This document shows positions 1-8,274 of a stretch of 11,975 bases of DNA, one piece after another. The stretch is from Ignavibacteria bacterium (GTDB lineage: Bacteria > Bacteroidota > Ignavibacteria > Kapaibacteriales > UBA2268): positions 1 through 11,975 of the forward strand of contig JBBISM010000064.1 of the NCBI GenBank assembly GCA_037441245.1, written 5' to 3'. The notes beneath the pieces are model-generated. The model worked only from the letters and a program-made list of their open reading frames with translations. It was not told where the DNA came from and did not search any database. The position numbers and the translations under genes were made by a program. Numbering within the stretch: position 1 is the first letter of the stretch; each line of letters starts with the position of its first letter.

Positions 1-421
1 CAGCGGTAACGTTATGTTCTAGCATAGCTTCGAGAAGTGCTGATTGAGTTTTAGGAGGTGTTCGATTTATTTCATCAGCAAGTACGATATTAGCAAATAT
101 AGGACCTTGGACAAATCGGAATTCCTTTTGACGTGTTGTGATGTTTTCTTCGATAACCTCGGTTCCTGTAATATCGCCCGGCATCAGATCGGGAGTGAAT
201 TGTATTCGTGAAAATTTTAAATTCAATGTTTGGGATAAAGTACGGATAAGTAGGGTCTTGGCTAATCCTGGTACACCGATTAATAAGCAATGCCCATTTG
301 CGAATAAAGCGATTAAAAGTTGTTCTATAATATCTTTTTGCCCGATGATAACCTTGCTAATTTCATTACGGACTTTGTTAATACTTTCGTTTAGAAATTT
401 TAGTTTTTCTGTGTCTTTCAT
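1..421 (-). CDS. MoxR-family AAA+ ATPase (N-terminal ~140 aa; C-terminus lies beyond the left window edge)
   Basis: Not in the ORF track because the frame is still open at position 1. Reverse-strand translation from the ATG at complement(419-421) reads [93 protein letters not shown]...[38 protein letters not shown] with no stop codon. Walker A (GVPGLAKT), FTPDLMP(G/S)DITG and Walker B/sensor ([20 protein letters not shown]) are hallmark MoxR motifs. Confidence 0.75.
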   Translation of the reverse strand, partial: MKDTEKLKFLNESINKVRNEISKVIIGQKDIIEQLLIALFANGHCLLIGVPGLAKTLLIRTLSQTLNLKFSRIQFTPDLMPGDITGTEVIEENITTRQKEFRFVQGPIFANIVLADEINRTPPKTQSALLEAMLEHNVTA

Positions 422-536
422 TTATGATCCAATGATAAATCCAAAATGTATAATAGTATTTAACATTAACGGTTAAATAGACATTTTAGTAAAACAAAAT
501 GTTGATTATTCTATTCAGAAATTACTATTGGGGTAT

Positions 537-1505
537 CTAATTCTTTTTCTTTCTTATTTTTCGAACGGTTTTCTTTTTCCGCAGTAATTGCGAAAAAGGA
601 TATACTTCAGATAATTCATAATTTTTTTCGGCGAAATGAATCAACAGGTCAGAAGTTTTTTCAATAAGCCAATTGAAGTTATGCTCTAATAAAAGCGATT
701 TGTCGGCATTTGGAGTCATATTAAGAAAATCCATCACAATAGGAATATCATCTTTAACTGCGAATTCGATAGCATTGAAATCAAATCCGAGAGCTAAACA
801 AATCTTTTTGGCAATATTTTCAATTTTTTTTGTCAATTTACTTTCAATGCTCGGTTCGTCGGGTGAATATCTTAGATGCTGTGGTTTGGTCGGGTCGTAT
901 TTCATAATTTTGACATTCTTTTGCCCGATAACATAGCATTGATAGTAGTTGTCATAGTCAATTGCCTCTTGCAATATCATAATTCTATCGATAGTAAGGT
1001 CATAAGCTGAGAAGAATTCGAGCTTATTATATACTTTAAAGGCTGTGTAAAACCCATTGATTCTGTTCGATTTTAAATAGGCTGGAAACTTAATGTATTC
1101 GAAAATTTCATCCCAATTTAATGGGAAAATTAAGTTTCTCATCGTTTCTGAGCAAGTTCCTGGGGGATGCTCTTTGCTTGGAATGATAACAGTTCTAGGA
1201 ATTTTAATTCCTAATTTGGTTGCTAATGAAGCGTGGAAAAAGTTATCGTCAGCACAAGACCAGAAGGGGTCGTTGATAACTTTTGTTCCATTCAAGGCTG
1301 ATTGTTTGAGTATAGATTTATAGAATGGTACTTCATTGGATACTCGGTCAAAAATAACATCGTATTTTAGGGGTTTATCTATTGTAACGCCGCCAACTTG
1401 AATTAGTTCTGCTTTGATTTCATTATGGCCTAAGTCGTTAATATAGTCAATTAATGCAGGGGGAAAACTTTGCTCCATACCAAAAAAAATTCCGATTGAC
1501 TTCAT
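537..1505 (-). CDS. ATP-grasp fold ligase-like protein (RimK/GshB-like), with a Lys/Arg-rich C-terminal tail
   Basis: 322-aa ORF. NDPFWSCADDNFFHASLATKLGIKIPRTVIIP resembles the ATP-grasp N-lobe segment (RimK: DK...LL...GIP.P.T). A later VMDFLNMTPNA resembles the catalytic E/D-x-N...P segment. C-terminus is LLRKKKTVRKIRKKKN. The family call is tentative, from motif resemblance only. Confidence 0.45.
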   Translation of the reverse strand: MKSIGIFFGMEQSFPPALIDYINDLGHNEIKAELIQVGGVTIDKPLKYDVIFDRVSNEVPFYKSILKQSALNGTKVINDPFWSCADDNFFHASLATKLGIKIPRTVIIPSKEHPPGTCSETMRNLIFPLNWDEIFEYIKFPAYLKSNRINGFYTAFKVYNKLEFFSAYDLTIDRIMILQEAIDYDNYYQCYVIGQKNVKIMKYDPTKPQHLRYSPDEPSIESKLTKKIENIAKKICLALGFDFNAIEFAVKDDIPIVMDFLNMTPNADKSLLLEHNFNWLIEKTSDLLIHFAEKNYELSEVYPFSQLLRKKKTVRKIRKKKN

Positions 1506-1652
1506 AGCTCTTCCTTCCCAATTAAATTGGATTATTTATAATGGTAATTAAATTAAACACAAAAATAAGAAAATCTTATTTCTTATATTATCCTAAACTT
1601 GAAAATAATTATCTTGTTTATATCAAAATTATTTTAAAAAGTATTTTAATTT

Positions 1653-2315
1653 ATGAAATTAACGGAAAAATTATTAATTTCCATACAATTTTATTCAGAC
1701 GCAAAAAATATGTTTGAGATTTATTTAGCTTTTTTAGTTTTTGGCGGATTATTGTTAGCAGGTTCGCTAATATTTGGTAGTGAAAGTCATACTGATGCAG
1801 ATGTTCATAGTGGCGTTGATTTGCATATAAGCGATACTCATCCCGTAGCTGGCGAAACACATTCTATTGAACACTATGCCGAAGGGAAAGGTGTAGTAGA
1901 GGCTATCAAATTTGTATCGTTTAGAAATTTTATCTATTTCTCTACTTTTTTTGGACTGACAGGAACATTACTGACGCTATTTGAAATAGCTCTATTTTTG
2001 TCTCTACCATTATCAATATTGGTTGGTGGTATTTCTGGTTATGCTGGGTACAGATTTATGAAATACTTGAAATCGAGCGAATCAGGGGAGATTATAAGTA
2101 TGACGGATTTAGTTGGTCGAATTGCCGAGGTAACATTAAATGTATTTAATGATAAGCCAGGTAAGGTAAAAATAGAATTTGGGGGAAAGTTTGAAGAATT
2201 TATCGCAATTTTATCTGAAGAATCACAAAAAAATGAATATCTCAAAGGAGAAAAAGTTTTAGTAATTGATATAGCCAATAATAAATTAATAGTTACAGAT
2301 TTCGAAATATTATAA
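1653..2315 (+). CDS. NfeD-like membrane protein (YuaF/YqiJ type, partner of SPFH/flotillin proteins)
   Basis: 220-aa ORF with N-terminal hydrophobic helices (IYLAFLVFGGLLLAGSLIFG; LLTLFEIALFLSLPLSILVGGISGYAGY) and a soluble beta-rich C-terminal domain (GRIAEVTLNVFNDKPGKVKIEFGGKFEEF...GEKVLVIDIANNKLIV) typical of the NfeD OB-fold. Its stop overlaps the AGGGGG RBS of the downstream flotillin gene. The true start may be the internal Met 19 codons downstream (MFEIYLAF...). Confidence 0.65.
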   Translation: MKLTEKLLISIQFYSDAKNMFEIYLAFLVFGGLLLAGSLIFGSESHTDADVHSGVDLHISDTHPVAGETHSIEHYAEGKGVVEAIKFVSFRNFIYFSTFFGLTGTLLTLFEIALFLSLPLSILVGGISGYAGYRFMKYLKSSESGEIISMTDLVGRIAEVTLNVFNDKPGKVKIEFGGKFEEFIAILSEESQKNEYLKGEKVLVIDIANNKLIVTDFEIL

Positions 2316-2323
2316 GGGGGTTT

Positions 2324-3823
2324 ATGTTTGGATTCATTATTCTAATTGCATTCTTAGTAGTTATAGGAATATTTATTGTGATGTTTGCTATAACTCGACT
2401 TTTACTGATAGCACAACCAAACGAGGTAATAATATTATCAGGTCGCCGTCGCAGGCTTCCAAGTGGAGAAGTCGTCGGTTATAGAATTATACGCGGAGGC
2501 AGGGCACTTCGAATACCTTTCATCGAGAAAGCAGCACGTATGTCTCTCGAGACGATACCAATCGAACTGTCGGTTACAAATGCATATTCCAAAGGTGGAA
2601 TACCTTTGAAGGTCGAAGCGATTGCCAATATTAAGATTGATTCTACTGAACCCGCTTTCGGCAATGCTGTTGAACGATTTTTGAATATGAGGAGGGAGCA
2701 AATACATGCCATTGCCAAAGATACACTTGAAGGTAATTTAAGGGGAGTTTTAGCTTCTTTAACACCAGAAGAAGTCAATGAAGATAGATTGAAATTTGCA
2801 GAAGTCTTGATTGATGAAGCTGTAGGCGATCTGAATCAATTAGGTTTGAGGTTAGATATATTGAAAATAACGAATATCTCCGACGAACGAGGCTACCTTG
2901 ATTCGATTGGAAGAATGAAAACTGCTGAATTGCTTGCAAATGCAAAAAAAGTCGAAGCTGAGAAAAAAGCAGAGGCAGAGGAAGCAGAAGCATTAAGCGA
3001 GGAAAGAGCTCAAAAGGCACGCTCGAGAGCTCATCAAGAAATTGAAACTGCTCGTATCAATTCCGAGCAAAATGTATTAATAATAAACGCTAATAAAGAA
3101 GCGGAAACAAAAGAAGCTGAAGCAAATGCTCTCGCTCGTGCAGAAAGAGTAAAAGCTCAATCCAATCAGGATATCAACATTGCCCAAATTGTAGCTCAGC
3201 AGAATGTTAAAATTACCGATACAAAAGCTCAACAGGCTATAGAAATTGAACGGAACAATCTCAGAATCAAGAAAGCTGAATTAGAAAAAGATGCTGTAAT
3301 AAAAGAAAAAGAAGCCGAAGTTGCTGGTAAGAAAGCACAAGTGGTTTTTGAGCAAACACTAGAAGAAGAACGGGTTAAATTGCAGCAAAAGAAATTACTG
3401 GCTGATGTTATCGAGCCAGCAAAAGCAAAAAAAGAAGCTATGGAATTGGAAGCAAAAGGTCATGCCGCATCAATTTTTGCTGATGGCGAGGCAAAAAGAG
3501 CTGTACTCGACCAAATGATTGCTGTTTATAATGCCGCTAAAGGAACGGGCGAAAAAGTCTATATGCTGAATATTTTACCTCAAATTGTTGATTCAATTGT
3601 CAGTACAATCAAACAAATTAAGATTGATAAGTTGACTGTGGTTGATACAGCTGGAATCGCTTCCGATGGTGGCTTAACGAAATTAGTAAATCAATTTCCT
3701 GGATTAGTGACCTCAATAACCGAAATGCTCGAAAATACAACTGGCGTTGACATTTTCAGTCATTTTAAAAAACAGAATACAAGCAAATCAGACGAAGCAG
3801 CAGAACAGTCAAATCAGGAATAA
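2324..3823 (+). CDS. Flotillin-like SPFH/Band-7 protein (FloT/YqiK family)
   Basis: 499 aa. N-terminal TM anchor MFGFIILIAFLVVIGIFIVMFAI, then an SPFH domain (RALRIPFIEKAARMSLETIPIELSVTNAYSKGGIPLKVEAIANIKID), a long Glu/Ala-rich coiled coil (KKVEAEKKAEAEEAEALSEERAQKARSRAHQE...) and a flotillin-type C-terminal region. RBS AGGGGG at 2315-2320, 4 nt before the ATG. Confidence 0.85.
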   Translation: MFGFIILIAFLVVIGIFIVMFAITRLLLIAQPNEVIILSGRRRRLPSGEVVGYRIIRGGRALRIPFIEKAARMSLETIPIELSVTNAYSKGGIPLKVEAIANIKIDSTEPAFGNAVERFLNMRREQIHAIAKDTLEGNLRGVLASLTPEEVNEDRLKFAEVLIDEAVGDLNQLGLRLDILKITNISDERGYLDSIGRMKTAELLANAKKVEAEKKAEAEEAEALSEERAQKARSRAHQEIETARINSEQNVLIINANKEAETKEAEANALARAERVKAQSNQDINIAQIVAQQNVKITDTKAQQAIEIERNNLRIKKAELEKDAVIKEKEAEVAGKKAQVVFEQTLEEERVKLQQKKLLADVIEPAKAKKEAMELEAKGHAASIFADGEAKRAVLDQMIAVYNAAKGTGEKVYMLNILPQIVDSIVSTIKQIKIDKLTVVDTAGIASDGGLTKLVNQFPGLVTSITEMLENTTGVDIFSHFKKQNTSKSDEAAEQSNQE

Positions 3824-3844
3824 AAGATAATCAGATGGCTTCTT

Positions 3845-3880
3845 AGGGCGTATGATTGAACTTCAATACGCCCTTTTTTA
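3845..3880 (+). terminator. Rho-independent terminator of the NfeD-flotillin operon
   Basis: Perfect 9-bp stem AGGGCGTAT (3845-3853) / ATACGCCCT (3866-3874) with a 12-nt loop, followed by TTTTTT (3875-3880), 22 nt after the flotillin stop codon. Confidence 0.75.
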
Positions 3881-4183
3881 TTAAATGGTAGAACGATTGG
3901 CGACAAATTGCAACACGAAATCTTAATGCCAAATTACTAAAACTACGGTAAATTGAGCAATTCGAAATCGGGATTCTGTAAAATTTAATAGTTTCATCAT
4001 ATTAATAAAAAAAAACGTAAAAAATCAATTCATTCAAAGTTGAATAAATCAATAGCTTATGAATGTTTTTTTTGTTTCATTTGATATTTAGCTAAGTCTA
4101 ATAAATATATTAGGTTTTAAATTACAACATAACGTATACATAAAATTTGTGTTATTTGATTTTTGAGTATGAATAAAATATTA

Positions 4184-4204
4184 TTGTAATTACAAAACAT
4201 TGTA
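4184..4204. promoter_or_regulatory. Palindromic element in the sat leader (candidate operator)
   Basis: TTGTAATTACAA (4184-4195) is a perfect 12-bp palindrome. It overlaps a second inverted repeat TACAA-AACA-TTGTA (4191-4204). The element lies 27-47 bp upstream of the sat ATG, just 5' of the GGAG RBS at 4221-4224. Confidence 0.3.
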
Positions 4205-4230
4205 TTATCAATAGTTTAACGGAGAAGATT

Positions 4231-5454
4231 ATGGCAGTAAAATTAATCAGCCCACACGGAAGCCCAGAATTAATCGAATTGTTACCGAAAGGCGAAGAAT
4301 TAACCCAAGAAAAGAAAAGAGCAGAAAAGATGCTCAAAGTTAATATCACCAGCCGAGAAACCGGGGATTTAATAATGATGGGTATTGGAGGATTTACACC
4401 ACTTACTGGATTTATGGGTTATAATGATTGGAAAAGCGTTTGTTCAGAGATGAAAATGCAGAGCAAAAACGGTCTCTTCTGGCCTATCCCAGTAACAGTA
4501 TCTTGCGACAAAGAAACAGCCGATAGAATTAATATCGGCGATGAAGTCGCTCTTTATTCAGATGAGTACGACGAGATTATGGCAACAATGAAAGTTGAAG
4601 AAAAGTACAAAATTGACAAAGAATTCGAATGCAAACATGTTTATAAAACTGTGGATATGGAGCATCCAGGCGTTATAATGGTAATGGAGCAAGCTGAATA
4701 CAATTTAGCTGGTCCAGTCAAAGTTTTATCGGAAGCTACATTTCCAGTCGAGTTCAAAGATGTTTATCAAAGACCATCAGAGTCGAGAAAAATATTTGCC
4801 GAGAAAGGATGGCGAACAATCGCGGCATTACAGTTACGAAATCCTATGCATAGGAGTCATGAATATTTAGCCAAAATAGCGCTCGAAGTATCCGATGGGT
4901 TATATATTCATCAATTAGTAGGAAAATTAAAACCAGGCGATATTCCCGCTGATGTACGTGTCAGATGTATTGATGTCCTGGTAGAAAGATATTTCGTAAA
5001 GGATACTGTAATTCAAGGTGGTTATCCATTGGATATGAGATATGCTGGACCGAGGGAAGCTCTTTTGCACGCACTTTTCAGACAGAATTTTGGATGCACA
5101 CATATGATTATTGGTCGCGATCACGCAGGAGTCGGTAATTATTATGGTGCATTTGAAGCCCAAGATATTTTCGATGAATTATGGGATGGAGCGCTACTAT
5201 GCAAACCATTGAAAATTGATTGGACATTCTGGTGCAGCAAATGCGAAGGAATGGCTTCAATGAAAACCTGCCCGCATACAAAAGACGACAGACTATTATT
5301 GAGCGGTACTATGTTGAGGAAATCCTTATCCGAGGGAAAAGAAGTTCCCAAAGAATTCAGCCGACCAGAAGTTTTAGAAATTTTGCGAGAATATTACACC
5401 GGTTTAACAGAAAAAGTAGAAGTAAAGTTGCATAAAGCTGCAACAGGCGAGTAG
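4231..5454 (+). CDS. sat: Sulfate adenylyltransferase (ATP sulfurylase), dissimilatory type
   Basis: 407 aa. Contains the canonical ATP-sulfurylase motifs [13 protein letters not shown] (QxRNxxHxxHE) and GRDHAGVG, and the overall length and organisation fit. RBS GGAG is 6 nt upstream of the ATG. Confidence 0.95.
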   Translation: MAVKLISPHGSPELIELLPKGEELTQEKKRAEKMLKVNITSRETGDLIMMGIGGFTPLTGFMGYNDWKSVCSEMKMQSKNGLFWPIPVTVSCDKETADRINIGDEVALYSDEYDEIMATMKVEEKYKIDKEFECKHVYKTVDMEHPGVIMVMEQAEYNLAGPVKVLSEATFPVEFKDVYQRPSESRKIFAEKGWRTIAALQLRNPMHRSHEYLAKIALEVSDGLYIHQLVGKLKPGDIPADVRVRCIDVLVERYFVKDTVIQGGYPLDMRYAGPREALLHALFRQNFGCTHMIIGRDHAGVGNYYGAFEAQDIFDELWDGALLCKPLKIDWTFWCSKCEGMASMKTCPHTKDDRLLLSGTMLRKSLSEGKEVPKEFSRPEVLEILREYYTGLTEKVEVKLHKAATGE

Positions 5455-5529
5455 TTTGAATTTTAAAAATACTTTATATAAGTAAAGTACATATTTTAAT
5501 CATTTATTAAACAAATAAGGAGATGTATA

Positions 5530-5970
5530 ATGCCAAGTTTTGTAATTGTAGAAAAGTGTGACGGATGCAAGGCACTTGATAAGACAGCCTGCCAGTACAT
5601 TTGCCCTAATGATCTTATGGTTTTGAACAAAGATCTTATGAAAGCCTACAACATTGAACCAGAAATGTGCTGGGAATGTTACAATTGCGTAAAAATATGC
5701 CCCACACAAGCCATTGAAGTTCGTGGATATGCAGATTTTGTTCCTATGGGAGCGCAAGTAACTCCGATGAGGAGCTCTGACTCAATTATGTGGACAGTTA
5801 AATTCCGCAATGGAACGCTCAAACGATTTAAATTCCCCATCAGATCAACCCCAGAAGGAACAGCAGTGCCCGACGGTGGATGGGAAACCCCAAATGATGA
5901 TTTATCAAGCCCATATTTATTTACTGAACCAGCATCACTTAAATTAGATGATTTGTGGAAAAAACAATAA
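5530..5970 (+). CDS. aprB: Adenylylsulfate (APS) reductase beta subunit, two [4Fe-4S] clusters
   Basis: 146 aa. MPSFVIVEKCDGCK...CQYICPNDLM...CWECYNCVKICPTQAI...MWTVKFRNGTLKRFKFPIRSTPEG is near-identical in pattern to known AprB N-termini and the C-terminal tail. RBS AAGGAG at 5517-5522. Confidence 0.95.
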   Translation: MPSFVIVEKCDGCKALDKTACQYICPNDLMVLNKDLMKAYNIEPEMCWECYNCVKICPTQAIEVRGYADFVPMGAQVTPMRSSDSIMWTVKFRNGTLKRFKFPIRSTPEGTAVPDGGWETPNDDLSSPYLFTEPASLKLDDLWKKQ

Positions 5971-6014
5971 TTGATAATTAAATAGTTAATTTTATAAAAT
6001 AATGGAGATTAATA

Positions 6015-7889
6015 ATGGCAAATTTTGAAACTGTAGAAGTCAATACCGATCTATTGATTATTGGTGGCGGTATGTCTGCTTGCGGTGCAGCTGTCGAAGC
6101 CGTTTACTGGGCAAAAAAGCATAATGTTAAAGTTACTTTGGTTGATAAAGCAGCCGTTGACCGTTCAGGTGCTGTTGCTATGGGTTTATCAGCGATTAAT
6201 CAATATGTTGACCTTACAAGCGGTAATAATACTGTAAAAGACTATGTAGATTATGTTCGAAATGACTTGATGGGTATTACCCGCGAGGATTTAGTTGCGA
6301 ACATAGCTCGCCACGTTGATTCATCAGTTCATCTTTTTGAAAAATGGGGATTGCCAATTTGGAAAGATGAAGAAGGAAACTATGTGCACGAAGGTCGCTG
6401 GCAATTAATGATTAATGGAGAATCATACAAAGTTGTCGTAGCAGAAGCTGCTAAGAATGCTCTCGGTATAGATAATATAATCGAGCGTGTATTTGTTGTC
6501 GAGCCATTGCTTGATGGTGATAAGGTTTCGGGCGCAGTAGGATTCAGTGTTAGAGAGAATAAATTTTATGTATTCAAAGCAAAAGCAGTAATTATTGCAG
6601 CTGGTGGGGCGGTTCACGTATTCAAACCACGTTCATCAGGCGAAGGCTTGGGCCGTGCCTGGTATCCACCGTGGAATTCAGGAACAAGTGCTTACTTCAC
6701 TATCAAAGCAGGAGCTGAAATGACCTGCCAAGAAGTAAGATTCATTCCTGTTAGATTCAAAGATGCTTATGGACCTGTTGGTGCTTGGTTCTTATTATTT
6801 AAATCACGCGCAACATCTGCTCTCGGTGGCGAATATATGGTCGAAAGAAAAGGAGAGCTTGAGAATTGGTTACCTTATGGGAAAGTCAAACCAATTCCAG
6901 CAAATCTTCGCAACTGGCTTGGAATGATGGACGTTATGGAAGGCAAGGGACCGATTTATATGAGAACTGAGGAAGCTATCCAAAAATTGGCTGATGCATA
7001 TAAAGATGACCCAAAGGGATACAAGAAAAAAATGAAAGAACTCGAAGAGGAAGCTTGGGAAGACTTTTTGGATATGACTATCTCGCAAGCAATATTATGG
7101 GCAGCAACTAACATATTCCCCGAAGAACGTGCATCGGAAATAGCAGCAGCCGAACCATACTTTATCGGCTCGCACTCAGGTGCATCTGGTGCTTGGGTTT
7201 CGGGTCCGAAAGATCTTGCACCGCAGGAATATTTCTGGGGATATGCGAATATGACAACAGTAAAAGGATTATTCGCAGTAGGCGATGCTTCTGGCGCATC
7301 AAGTCATAAGTTTTCATCGGGTTCGCACGCCGAAGGTCGTATTGCAGCCAAAGCAGCAATTGAATATATTGTAAAAGAGAATCCGACGCATAAATATATT
7401 GATGCCGAGATTAATGCATTGAAGGAAAAAATTCTTAAGCCACTAGATATTTATGAGCAATACTATAAGGAAACAACTGATCCAGACATCAACCCAAATT
7501 ATATTCGACCGAAGATGTTTATGTTCAGACTGCAAAAAATTATGGACGAATATGCTGGTGGAGTATCATCACAGTTCAAGACAAACAAGCCCTTATTAGA
7601 AAAAGGACTTGAGCTACTTGCATTCCTTAAAGAAGACTCAGAACTTTTAGCAGCAGCCGATTTGCATGAACTAATGAGATGCTGGGAGAATGTCCATAGA
7701 ATGTGGCAAGCAGAAGCACACGTTCGCACTATTCTTTTCAGAGAAGAAACTCGTTGGCCTGGGTATTACTTCAGGGCAGATACACCGAAGATAGACAATG
7801 ACAAATGGGAGAAATTTGTAAATCTTACTTACGACAAGAATACTGATAAGTGGGATGTATTTACAAAAGACATTCTCCACATATTTTAA
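6015..7889 (+). CDS. aprA: Adenylylsulfate (APS) reductase alpha subunit, FAD flavoprotein
   Basis: 624 aa. N-terminal FAD-binding fold DLLIIGGGMSACGAAVEA. Fumarate-reductase/succinate-dehydrogenase-like flavoprotein architecture immediately downstream of aprB. RBS GGAG at 6004-6007. Confidence 0.95.
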   Translation: MANFETVEVNTDLLIIGGGMSACGAAVEAVYWAKKHNVKVTLVDKAAVDRSGAVAMGLSAINQYVDLTSGNNTVKDYVDYVRNDLMGITREDLVANIARHVDSSVHLFEKWGLPIWKDEEGNYVHEGRWQLMINGESYKVVVAEAAKNALGIDNIIERVFVVEPLLDGDKVSGAVGFSVRENKFYVFKAKAVIIAAGGAVHVFKPRSSGEGLGRAWYPPWNSGTSAYFTIKAGAEMTCQEVRFIPVRFKDAYGPVGAWFLLFKSRATSALGGEYMVERKGELENWLPYGKVKPIPANLRNWLGMMDVMEGKGPIYMRTEEAIQKLADAYKDDPKGYKKKMKELEEEAWEDFLDMTISQAILWAATNIFPEERASEIAAAEPYFIGSHSGASGAWVSGPKDLAPQEYFWGYANMTTVKGLFAVGDASGASSHKFSSGSHAEGRIAAKAAIEYIVKENPTHKYIDAEINALKEKILKPLDIYEQYYKETTDPDINPNYIRPKMFMFRLQKIMDEYAGGVSSQFKTNKPLLEKGLELLAFLKEDSELLAAADLHELMRCWENVHRMWQAEAHVRTILFREETRWPGYYFRADTPKIDNDKWEKFVNLTYDKNTDKWDVFTKDILHIF

Positions 7890-7897
7890 TTCCAAAA

Positions 7898-7932
7898 GGC
7901 ACCTGTGGATACAACCACAGGTGCCATTTTTA
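7898..7932 (+). terminator. Strong Rho-independent terminator downstream of aprA
   Basis: Perfect GC-rich 11-bp stem GGCACCTGTGG (7898-7908) / CCACAGGTGCC (7915-7925), 6-nt loop ATACAA, then ATTTTT (7926-7932). Begins 9 nt after the aprA stop codon. Confidence 0.8.
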
Positions 7933-7995
7933 AATATAAAATTTAGAGGCAAAAAGTGCAATTGAGTTTTGTATTTAATTATGAAAGGATAATAA

Positions 7996-8256
7996 ATGGA
8001 AAAAATACATTGCAAATACTGCGGTTCAGAAATGCAAAGAATAAATTTACCCCAGGATACAGATTTTAATTGCGAATATTTATATGTATGCTTCAATGAT
8101 GAATGCGGATACTATGTCCGAGGATGGGAATGGATGCGAACTAACTATAATGTTACAGCATCTTATAGGTATAAGTATAATCCATTTTTTGGTGATGACG
8201 GACCAATACCCGTATCATCACCATATACTTGGAAAGATATGATAGCAAAAACTTAG
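7996..8256 (+). CDS. Small Cys-containing zinc-ribbon-like protein (hypothetical)
   Basis: 86 aa. The Cys pairs CKYCGSEM (CxxC) and CFNDEC (CxxxxC) lie ~22 residues apart, suggesting a Zn ribbon or rubredoxin-like knuckle. RBS AAAGGA before the ATG. First gene after the aprA terminator, followed by the next gene after 18 bp. Confidence 0.5.
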   Translation: MEKIHCKYCGSEMQRINLPQDTDFNCEYLYVCFNDECGYYVRGWEWMRTNYNVTASYRYKYNPFFGDDGPIPVSSPYTWKDMIAKT

Positions 8257-8274
8257 TTATCAAAAGGTTAAACG

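Noticed and set aside
90-476. Track ORFs 90..290(-) and 138..476(+)
   Set aside because: Both are out of frame with or antisense to the clearly recognisable MoxR ATPase reading frame (complement 1-421). They are frame shadows in AT-rich DNA.
673-1323. Plus-strand ORFs 673..936 and 1093..1323
   Set aside because: Antisense to the ATP-grasp CDS. Low-complexity hydrophobic translations typical of shadow ORFs.
2438-3020. Minus-strand ORFs 2438..2707, 2479..2778, 2775..3020 and the plus ORF-like EA repeat region
   Set aside because: Antisense to the well-supported flotillin gene. The GAAGC/GCAGA periodicity at ~2930-3140 encodes the Glu/Ala coiled coil. It is not a DNA tandem repeat or CRISPR array.
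4184-4204. Calling the palindrome a Rex operator
   Set aside because: The known Rex box is an 18-bp TTGTGAA-N4-TTCACAA element. The sequence here is a 12-bp TTGTAATTACAA palindrome with different spacing. It is retained only as a generic candidate operator.
4152-4349. 65-aa minus-strand ORF overlapping the sat start
   Set aside because: Lies in the AT-rich leader and overlaps the sat RBS/start on the opposite strand. No RBS and a low-complexity translation. Judged spurious.
5142-5435. ORFs 5142..5351(-) and 5220..5435(+) inside sat; 6423..7729(-) ORFs inside aprA; 10698..11369(-) inside dsrA
   Set aside because: All overlap strongly supported sulfate-reduction genes in other frames or strands and have no supporting motifs.
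5470-5489. Hairpin TACTTTA-tataag-TAAAGTA between sat and aprB as a terminator
   Set aside because: The stem is almost entirely A-T (one G-C pair) and is followed by a weak U-tract. This is too unstable to call a terminator and is at most a minor attenuator.
7671-8096. 141-aa minus-strand ORF spanning the aprA 3' end, the terminator and the zinc-ribbon gene start
   Set aside because: It crosses a strong terminator hairpin and two convincingly called plus-strand genes. The translation is AT-rich and low-complexity.
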